Shown here: in pieces, positions 47,126 through 54,265 of the stretch
Position numbering within the stretch: the first letter of the stretch is position 1
Layout: each line of letters starts with the position of its first letter
Virus record (IMG/VR): IMGVR_UViG_3300045988_109877
Location: 1 to 61,784 of that record
Strand: one strand, 5' to 3'
DNA from: a virus
DNA: 61,784 nucleotides
Notes under the pieces: model-generated
Databases searched by the model: none
Seen by the model: only the letters and a program-made list of their open reading frames with translations
What the model was told of the DNA's origin: nothing
Position numbers and translations under genes: made by a program

Positions 47126-47529
47126 AATATTTCACACTTAACGAACTGACACGGAGCGACACCGCATCACGGATGAAGATAGACAACACACCGACCACCG
47201 AAGCGGTGAAGAACTTGACGGCACTTGTGGACAAGGTTCTCGACCCTTTGCGTGAGATGTACGGCAAGCCGATATACATCTCCAGCGGCTACCGCTGTCC
47301 ACGGCTGAACAAGGCGGTGGGCGGTGTCGCTGGCTCGCAGCACAAGACAGGACAGGCAGCCGACATCAATCAGCGAAGCCGCGAGGAGAACGCGAGTATC
47401 TTTAAACTGATCGAGGAGAACTTCGATTTCGACCAACTGCTGTGGGAGAACGGGGGGCAGTGGGTACACGTCAGTTTCCGCGCAGACGGCAAGAACAGAA
47501 GACAAGTGAAACGACTATGGAAGAAATGA
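47122..47529 (+). CDS. Peptidase M15 family endolysin (zinc D-Ala-D-Ala carboxypeptidase fold)
   Basis: SSGYRCPRLNKAVGGVAGSQHKTGQAADI and WVHVSF match the H/D/H zinc ligand pattern of M15 peptidases. Confidence 0.8.
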   Translation: MKYFTLNELTRSDTASRMKIDNTPTTEAVKNLTALVDKVLDPLREMYGKPIYISSGYRCPRLNKAVGGVAGSQHKTGQAADINQRSREENASIFKLIEENFDFDQLLWENGGQWVHVSFRADGKNRRQVKRLWKK

Positions 47530-47632
47530 TTTATTAACCAGACAACGGAACGCGCTCTTTGACATACGGAATCACCGAAAAAAAACTACAAAATTTTCTT
47601 GAAATTATATACAATATTTCGATGAAATTATA

Positions 47633-47640
47633 TATCTTTG
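47633..47640 (+). promoter_or_regulatory. Bacteroidetes -7 box (TATCTTTG), followed by a 5' UTR hairpin at 47647-47679
   Basis: It matches TAnnTTTG and lies 77 nt upstream of the ATG at 47717. The hairpin is AAAAGTCCCATAT cggctaa ATATGAGACTTTT. Confidence 0.5.
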
Positions 47641-47716
47641 CATAGAAAAAGTCCCATATCGGCTAAATATGAGACTTTTAGAAATTCGGCGCACCGCCAA
47701 ATAAAATTTTAATTGT

Positions 47717-48319
47717 ATGCAAGATAATTTAAATTCATCGAAACGGCAAGCATTCTCGAAAGAAGATGCCGTAGAACTGCTTAGACAGTATGCAGTGCAG
47801 ATATTCAGTGCCTTTGATGTGGCGCTGGAGAAATACAATGTGGAGATACAACAGACAAGCCCGCTTGCACGGGTGCGGTTGGACTCGCAATTGTTGCACG
47901 CAAAAATAACAGACAGCTTTATTGACACATTCCCAGAGAATACGATTGTTGGCAAATATCGCAGAATCATTTTCCGCTATGTGGGCAATAACAATAAATG
48001 CCAGCTTATAATCAAGAAGCTAAGCAAATTAGGTCATCCGTCGTACATAAGCACACGACTGAGCAACACGATATTGTCGCAAGGTCAATGCGAGTTGTTT
48101 GATGGTGACGAAAGCGCAAAGCGAGAACCTTTATTGATTTTTGGCTATACAAAAGACAGATACGGCAATTTGACAAATCCGAGAATCGTCTATTTTGACG
48201 AAGAACCGATTTGGGAAATTGTTCCGTCCGATTTCGCCGCTACTCTGCCGAATATGGACAGCGTAGAACGTATCGAAGTAAAGCCGAAAAGAAAGCAGAG
48301 AGAGAAAAAAGCAGAATGA
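47717..48319 (+). CDS. Hypothetical protein (200 aa), partner of the HTH-ImmA/IrrE gene
   Basis: It has its own promoter, and the next gene starts 10-46 nt downstream. I recognised no motif. Confidence 0.5.
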   Translation: MQDNLNSSKRQAFSKEDAVELLRQYAVQIFSAFDVALEKYNVEIQQTSPLARVRLDSQLLHAKITDSFIDTFPENTIVGKYRRIIFRYVGNNNKCQLIIKKLSKLGHPSYISTRLSNTILSQGQCELFDGDESAKREPLLIFGYTKDRYGNLTNPRIVYFDEEPIWEIVPSDFAATLPNMDSVERIEVKPKRKQREKKAE

Positions 48320-48364
48320 TAAAAACGGGTGGTGTGCCGTTTTATTCATCAAACGGATTTAGTT

Positions 48365-49456
48365 ATGGAAAATCAACAACTGGCAAACGCAAAGAGGCGC
48401 AGGCAGCTGATATTTGCAAGGGAGTACAGAGGACTATCGCAGACGGAGCTTGCAAAACGTGTCGCGGGATTGTCGCAATCCAATCTTTCAAGGTTTGAAC
48501 AATTAGGCGGCTCATTGTCGGAAACGGTTTTGCGAAGAGTTATGGATGTGCTTGAATTCCCTTTCGAGTTCCTCGGTATAGAAATTGAAAATAATCCAGA
48601 GAGCAAGCATTATCGCAAGAAAAGTCGGATTGGAGCAAAGGACAAGGCAAAGATAGACAAATTTGTGGCTGTTGCGACTTATGTGTTCGACAATATCCTT
48701 GATGAGTTTGACGCACCACCTTTCAATTTTCATTATCTCAATGCGGAGGACGGAATAAGTCCTGAGGAAGTCGCAAGGCAGACACGTAGAACGTGCCGAA
48801 TTGGGAGTGGTGCTATCCGCAATATCTGTAATCTTCTTGAGCGCAATGGTGTGTTCGTGTATTTCTGGGATTGCGAGTATGAGGATTTTGACGGGGTGTC
48901 GCTTGTCTCCGACAAAGGGAATCATATCATTGTGGTCAACAAGAATATGCCGAATGACCGCATTCGCTTTTCTCTTGCGCACGAGCTTGGCCACTTGATA
49001 ATGCACAACAGTATGTTTGTCGTTCTTGAGGCAAGGGATAAGGAGAAGGAAGCCAACCAATTTGCAGCGGAATTTCTTATGCCAGAGAGGGAAATAGGAA
49101 GCTCGCTTCTGAACGTGAGACTATCGGCATTGCCGTTGCTGAAACAAATGTGGTTGACATCAATGTCCTCGTTGATTATGCGCGCGAAAACTCTCGGTAA
49201 AATAGACAGCGACAGGTACAGAATGCTTATGACAGAAATGAGCCGTAGAAGGTGGCGCACAAACGAGCCAATACAGGTAGAACTTGACCGCCCGATATAT
49301 TTGGCAGATGCAGAAAATATGTTGCAGGACGATTTCAATCTTGACTATACGGAGCAGGCAAAGATGTTGGCTTTGCCCGTAGACATACTCAGAACGATAT
49401 TCCAAGAAAAAACAACGCCCAAAATATTGAAACCAGAGTTTTGGGCAACTCGTTGA
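48365..49456 (+). CDS. XRE-HTH fused to an ImmA/IrrE-type zinc metallopeptidase
   Basis: GLSQTELAKRVAGLSQSNLSRFE is an HTH. RFSLAHELGHLIMH is the HExxH motif of COG2856/DUF955. I preferred the ATG at 48365 over the GTG at 48329. Confidence 0.75.
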   Translation: MENQQLANAKRRRQLIFAREYRGLSQTELAKRVAGLSQSNLSRFEQLGGSLSETVLRRVMDVLEFPFEFLGIEIENNPESKHYRKKSRIGAKDKAKIDKFVAVATYVFDNILDEFDAPPFNFHYLNAEDGISPEEVARQTRRTCRIGSGAIRNICNLLERNGVFVYFWDCEYEDFDGVSLVSDKGNHIIVVNKNMPNDRIRFSLAHELGHLIMHNSMFVVLEARDKEKEANQFAAEFLMPEREIGSSLLNVRLSALPLLKQMWLTSMSSLIMRAKTLGKIDSDRYRMLMTEMSRRRWRTNEPIQVELDRPIYLADAENMLQDDFNLDYTEQAKMLALPVDILRTIFQEKTTPKILKPEFWATR

Positions 49457-49545
49457 CAATACACTCCATAATGGAGATGTGCTTAAAAACGCTGGGGCGG
49501 TGATTCCGAATGTCGGAGTCGCCGCTCCTTTTGTCATAAACGTTT

Positions 49546-50028
49546 TTGAGAATGAGAGATGACGAGAAATGCAGATATATCTGCGTGGTGATAGGCTGGG
49601 TGCTGATTGCCGTGCTTGCGGTGATGTGCATCAGATGCAAGTCGGTGCAGTATGTACCCGTTGAGACGGTTCGCACCGATACGTGCTACGTGAACAAGAT
49701 ACGCACTGACTCAGTGAACAAGATACGCACTGACTCAGTGTATGTGCGCGACTCGGTGGTCGTGGAGCGCGGCGGTGACACAATCAAGGTGACCTCTTGG
49801 CGGTGGCGCGAGCGGTACGTTACGCAGCACGACACCGTCTATCGGAGCAGAACGGACAGCGCCTATCGGAGCAGGACGGACAGCGTTGCCGTGCCTTACC
49901 CAGTGGAGCGGAAGCTGTCACGTTGGGAGAAGACGAAGCAGGACATCGGCGGCATAGCCATCGGTGCGTTCATCGCCGTTGTGTCGGCAGTCGTGATTTG
50001 GTTGGCGGTGAAGAAGATGCGGAAATAA
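49546..50028 (+). CDS. Bitopic membrane protein with internal tandem repeats (spanin-like?)
   Basis: It has N- and C-terminal TM helices. There are 24-nt repeats at 49690-49737 (NKIRTDSV x2) and about 49838-49885 (YRSRTDS x2). Confidence 0.45.
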   Translation: MRMRDDEKCRYICVVIGWVLIAVLAVMCIRCKSVQYVPVETVRTDTCYVNKIRTDSVNKIRTDSVYVRDSVVVERGGDTIKVTSWRWRERYVTQHDTVYRSRTDSAYRSRTDSVAVPYPVERKLSRWEKTKQDIGGIAIGAFIAVVSAVVIWLAVKKMRK

Positions 50029-50200
50029 AAAAGCCCCCGACTAAATAAAATATCACCACAACATCCTATTTATCTACACACACGTTCCGTGCGGTGTCGG
50101 GAGCCAATATGCCTGAATCGCACGGACGTTTTGTGTCTTGTCTAAAGATAAAGCGGATGTTGTGGTTCGACAAAGTTAGTAAATTAAATAGGGAAATCAA

Positions 50201-50506
50201 ATGAAAACAATCGAAATCTTTGCCGAGGCAGTGAGATTCGCCTCCGAAGCATCCGACATTCCGAGCGACAGGATATTGTCGGAGAGCCGCGACGCTGACG
50301 TTGTGGACGCAAGAATGCTCGTTATACAGACGCTTTATGACATAGGGCTGTATCCGCGGAGGATAGCCGAGCTGTTCGGAATGACGCCATCTAACGTGCG
50401 TCATCTGCTGACTGCTGACAATCGGAAAGCAACAAACAAAATCTACGCAAACAACTTGCAAGCATTACGCAAGCACATAGCAAGCATCTTCTTTGACACC
50501 GAGTGA
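50201..50506 (+). CDS. DnaA domain IV-like HTH protein
   Basis: RDADVVDARMLVIQTLYDIGLYPRRIAELFGMTPSNVRHLL resembles the DnaA C-terminal DNA-binding fold. Confidence 0.45.
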   Translation: MKTIEIFAEAVRFASEASDIPSDRILSESRDADVVDARMLVIQTLYDIGLYPRRIAELFGMTPSNVRHLLTADNRKATNKIYANNLQALRKHIASIFFDTE

Positions 50507-50563
50507 TTCCGTGCGATATTTGTGATGCGGTTGATATTGACCGTAATTTAAATTCAAACCATT

Positions 50564-51094
50564 ATGACAGCGGAAGAAATGTTGGCGATGAGAGGAGTCG
50601 CCAAGAACGCTTGGGGAGAAGAGGAGAGCCGCCCTTGCTACAAGAGAGGACATAGCGGACAACGAGCCACAGGCATCGCACTCGGTGCGGTAGGTGTGGG
50701 TCTTGCCATCCTCGGCATCCCATTGGCATTGGTTGCCGCAAAAGCATTCGCATCCAAAGCGGAGGCAGTGGCTAACGGCAACTCGCAGATGATTGGGGAA
50801 ACCAACAACCTTGTACGCACTGTGGCAGCAGGGTTGCAGATGGAGTCACAGAACAGAGAGAACGCAATCCTTATGGAGCGCAAGGAACGTGTCGACAGCA
50901 CTCCATCGGTGCAGAGCTACATCGACCTTGCAGTGGGAGCCGGAGCATACAGCGGTAGTTCGGCGAACTCGCAGGCGGCAGCCACAGCGGCAAACGTCTA
51001 TGCGAACAATCCTGCGATGGAGAACTTCTCATTTGTGAGAACGATTCCTTATTCTCAACCTCAGCCGTGTTGCACTCCGTGCTGCAACGGCTAA
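50564..51094 (+). CDS. Membrane-anchored protein with a Cys-rich C-terminus
   Basis: It has the TM segment GIALGAVGVGLAILGIPLALVAA and ends in PQPCCTPCCNG. Confidence 0.45.
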   Translation: MTAEEMLAMRGVAKNAWGEEESRPCYKRGHSGQRATGIALGAVGVGLAILGIPLALVAAKAFASKAEAVANGNSQMIGETNNLVRTVAAGLQMESQNRENAILMERKERVDSTPSVQSYIDLAVGAGAYSGSSANSQAAATAANVYANNPAMENFSFVRTIPYSQPQPCCTPCCNG

Positions 51095-51145
51095 CGGACT
51101 GCGGAGGGCGGCACGTCTGCCGTCTTCCGCTATTTCGTATATGTT

Positions 51146-51490
51146 ATGGGACTGTTCAGACGTAATATTGACCTTAAACGGATAGACGAGATGATTCCTA
51201 CAAGCAAATTTGACTTGAAGATGCAATGCCTTTCCATAGCGAGGGGTGATGTAGACAAGGCTGTCAAACTATATGATTTTGTCGCAGGAGGGCTTGACAT
51301 CCCAGATGTCACCGCACCGCCGCCGACAACGATGCAACAGGTGAAGAACATCGCCGGGAGCGTGTTCGGCTGGGTGAAGGAGAACAAGGACGGACTGCTT
51401 GAGGCATACAACGTGGTAAGGTCATTGCGCAACGGCAGTGTAGTGGAAACAGCGGCAGAGGCGGTCACCGACCTGCCGCCATTGGAATAG
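51146..51490 (+). CDS. Hypothetical protein (114 aa)
   Basis: ORF is co-oriented. Confidence 0.45.
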   Translation: MGLFRRNIDLKRIDEMIPTSKFDLKMQCLSIARGDVDKAVKLYDFVAGGLDIPDVTAPPPTTMQQVKNIAGSVFGWVKENKDGLLEAYNVVRSLRNGSVVETAAEAVTDLPPLE

Positions 51491-51494
51491 AGAG

Positions 51495-51698
51495 ATGGAA
51501 ATAATGCAAATAACGATTCCGGTCTATGCGGAGAGCAAGGACGAGGCTGACGGAATGCGCAGCGCGTGGGTGGACTTCTCCAACCAGTTGCGGTCAAAGG
51601 GATGTGTGGTCACTGCCGCCAAGACATCCGAGGCACTGAAGGCTTGGAACGCCAACGCTCTTGTAAGAGCCGGAATACTCAAACATTACAGACGATGA
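51495..51698 (+). CDS. Hypothetical protein (67 aa)
   Basis: ORF is co-oriented. Its stop overlaps the next start (ATGA at 51695). Confidence 0.4.
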   Translation: MEIMQITIPVYAESKDEADGMRSAWVDFSNQLRSKGCVVTAAKTSEALKAWNANALVRAGILKHYRR

Positions 51699-51856
51699 AC
51701 ATAGTACAAGCATTGAAGGCGATATTCGACCTTCTGAAGAAGAACTACGAGACAGTGTCGGCTAACAACAAATATCTTGAAAAGATATATGAGAGTCTGA
51801 CAACGAATGACATATCGTTCACTGACACACCTGATGAAGGTGAAACGATTGACTGA
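51695..51856 (+). CDS. Hypothetical protein (53 aa)
   Basis: I chose the ATG at 51695 (MNIVQALKAIFDLLKK) because of the ATGA coupling. Confidence 0.35.
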   Translation: MNIVQALKAIFDLLKKNYETVSANNKYLEKIYESLTTNDISFTDTPDEGETID

Positions 51857-51885
51857 TTTCAGGTAACTTTAAAAATTGGATAGTT

Positions 51886-52293
51886 ATGATTAATGTAACA
51901 CCTATCGCAATTACCGCCACATCCCAGGAATATGCCTGCAGCGTGGTGGAGAATCTCTGCCAGGCATACTGCCTTGCTCAGAGCATTCAGCCTCAGTCCG
52001 CAGTTTCCTACAGCATCGCATCGCAGGAAACGATAAGCGGAACAACGTTTGTCACCGTGCAGGCAACTGGAACGGTGACTTATCAGCCTCGCAACGGCAA
52101 GTGCTGCTGCAAGCCTCAAGTGAAGATGTTCACCGAGTCTTTCGACATCATCTTCAAGGGCACCGGCACACCGGCACTCGCCCTTACGCAGGGTGTGACA
52201 AGTCGGGCTCCGGCAAACGTGAAGTGCAACGGGAACGTTTATGGTTATTCGATGGTCACTGATGTGACCATTACCGCCACCTTTCCCGGATAG
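51886..52293 (+). CDS. Hypothetical beta-rich protein (135 aa)
   Basis: ORF is co-oriented, T/S/V-rich, and contains a CCCK motif. Confidence 0.45.
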   Translation: MINVTPIAITATSQEYACSVVENLCQAYCLAQSIQPQSAVSYSIASQETISGTTFVTVQATGTVTYQPRNGKCCCKPQVKMFTESFDIIFKGTGTPALALTQGVTSRAPANVKCNGNVYGYSMVTDVTITATFPG

Positions 52294-52295
52294 CA

Positions 52296-52580
52296 ATGTG
52301 GCATCTGGTGCGGATAGTGTTGGCTTGCGTTCTGCTGAACCATCTCGGTCTCGCAGAAGAAATCGCAAGAAGGCTGACGGGTAAGAAACGTCTGCTTCCG
52401 CTGACGTGCTCCAAATGCCTCAGTTTCTGGTGTTGTCTGCCATATTCCGTCATCATCCTCGGATGGAATGTGGTGGACTGCATCAGTGCCTCGCTTCTGT
52501 GCGCCTATGCCGCTTTATGGTTTGAATTGCTTTTCAGTATTGCAAACAAATATTATGGAAGACTATGGGAACAATTGTAA
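52296..52580 (+). CDS. Small membrane protein (94 aa)
   Basis: It has three hydrophobic helices. Confidence 0.45.
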   Translation: MWHLVRIVLACVLLNHLGLAEEIARRLTGKKRLLPLTCSKCLSFWCCLPYSVIILGWNVVDCISASLLCAYAALWFELLFSIANKYYGRLWEQL

Positions 52581-52690
52581 AATACATTCCACCGAAGAAG
52601 ACGGTGTACAAGACCGCCACGAAGATCGTGTGTCCGAAATGCGGAAAGAATTAGAACGCTTCGTGCGGTGCTTCCATCTCGGCAGGGAAG

Positions 52691-53941
52691 TCAGTCAAGC
52701 AAGTCCACAAGCTCCTTCTTGATGTCGTCGTCGATGTTGCGGTAACGAGAGAAAGCCTTGCTTCCATCCTTGTGACCGGACATAGAGCCGACAAGATTGG
52801 GGTCTTTGACCTGTTTGTAAAGATTGCCTATGAACGTCCTGCGTGCAAGATGGGAGGAGGCTATCTCGTTGATTGGTCTGCGCACCTCGCATCCTTTGGA
52901 AGAATCATAGACAAGCACCGACCTTGTTATGCCGCAGATGGTGAAGAACCGCTTTATGGCTGCGTTATATGCTTGGTCTGCGATGAAAGGGAACAGCCTG
53001 CCGTCCTTGTCCACTCCCATATATTTCTTCACAAGCATCCGCGCGCTGTTGTTCAGCGGCACTCTGACGATGTCGGTATGCTCGCTCCGTGTCTTCCGGG
53101 GGATATACTCCACGGCTCCGTTGACAATATTGTCGGTAGTCAGCCTTGTAAGGTCGGACACACGGCAGCCTATGCAGCACTGGAACAGGAAAATATCTCT
53201 CTGCACCTCGAGGGACGGGTAGTCGGACAAGTCGTAGTTGGCGATGCGGTTGCGTTCCGCTATGCTTATATAATAAGGTGTGCCGTATCTCTCCGCTTTC
53301 ACCGACACATTGTCGGTCGGAGAGCGGTCGATGATCCCCAGCGTCACCATCTCCTTGAACAAAGAACGCAGACGTTTGAATGTAGTGCATATATAGTTTG
53401 CTCCGCCAATCTTCTCCACATCCTTGATGTAAGACAGGAATTTCCTAACGTCATCCTCCGACATCGTTTTCAAAGTAAGACTGTATGAAGGGGAGTATTT
53501 ACGTCTGAACACCTCGAAACTTTTCAGTTTGTTCTTCAGCACCTCATATCCTCGCAACGTTCCCAAAGCAATGTTCTTGTGGGCGAGCAGGTCGGCAAAT
53601 TCTTCATCGAGAACCATCGGTTCTTCCTTGTCTTCCGGATTTAGAACGTCCTCCACCATTCTCTGCAAGTCACGGCTTGTGCGTATGTCCGCATAGTGGG
53701 AGGAGTAGACACGCATAATGATGTCCTTGAGATAAGCCACCTTGTTGTCCACATCTTCCCTATAAGCTATCTGGCACATCGCACGCTGTTTGATGCATTC
53801 TTTTTTGGAATCCCATAGGGATGGGTACACCATAATATGGCTGATGAAGTATAACTGCACCTTGCGCCCGTCACTCAGACGGAAGCGTATTTTGACCTCG
53901 GAATCTTTGGTCGTTCGGATGAATGCTTTGATTGTTGCCAT
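52691..53941 (-). CDS. int: Tyrosine recombinase / phage integrase (Bacteroides type)
   Basis: I chose the start MATIKAFIRTTKDSEVKIRFRL (arm-binding N-domain). The catalytic residues are CRVSDL (Arg), SHLARRTF (HxxR), SGH and FSRY (Tyr). Confidence 0.85.
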   Translation of the reverse strand: MATIKAFIRTTKDSEVKIRFRLSDGRKVQLYFISHIMVYPSLWDSKKECIKQRAMCQIAYREDVDNKVAYLKDIIMRVYSSHYADIRTSRDLQRMVEDVLNPEDKEEPMVLDEEFADLLAHKNIALGTLRGYEVLKNKLKSFEVFRRKYSPSYSLTLKTMSEDDVRKFLSYIKDVEKIGGANYICTTFKRLRSLFKEMVTLGIIDRSPTDNVSVKAERYGTPYYISIAERNRIANYDLSDYPSLEVQRDIFLFQCCIGCRVSDLTRLTTDNIVNGAVEYIPRKTRSEHTDIVRVPLNNSARMLVKKYMGVDKDGRLFPFIADQAYNAAIKRFFTICGITRSVLVYDSSKGCEVRRPINEIASSHLARRTFIGNLYKQVKDPNLVGSMSGHKDGSKAFSRYRNIDDDIKKELVDLLD

Positions 53942-53958
53942 ACGCAAAGGTATGAAAC

Positions 53959-54185
53959 TTGCACAACACTTGCACAACATTTGCACAACATATTTGTTAT
54001 TGGTTGTAATTATTTAATACTATCTGTATAATCAAACATTTCAAAATGCTGATTGTTAAGTGATATAAAAGCAAATCAAGTGAACGGCTAACAAACAACG
54101 TTGTCCGGGTAAGACAACAAGGGTAGTTTGACTATCAGAAAGTTATGGTGGATGTGCGGTGGATTTGCACAACATTTGCACAACA
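53959..54185. promoter_or_regulatory. attP-like region: five direct TTGCACAACA repeats in two clusters flanking an AT-rich segment of about 175 bp
   Basis: The copies are at 53959, 53970, 53981, 54165 and 54176, with an 11-nt period inside each cluster. The region lies directly upstream of int. Confidence 0.5.
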
Positions 54186-54190
54186 CGGAC

Positions 54191-54228
54191 AAAAAAAGGG
54201 GGACGGTTCTCACGAATCATCCCCCTTT
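54191..54228 (-). terminator. Rho-independent terminator ending the long minus-strand operon
   Basis: The minus strand reads AAAGGGGGAtgattcgtgagaaccgTCCCCCTTT followed by TTTTGTCC, 40 nt after the stop at 54266. Confidence 0.75.
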
Positions 54229-54265
54229 GTCATTAACCAATAACACTAACACAAACTAAAAAGAA

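Noticed and set aside
50564-52293. A RiPP-like or bacteriocin precursor reading of the Cys-rich C-termini (PCCTPCCNG at about 51080; CCCK at about 52100)
   Set aside because: There are no adjacent modification, transport or immunity genes, and the proteins are large with TM or beta-rich bodies. There is insufficient support beyond the Cys clusters.
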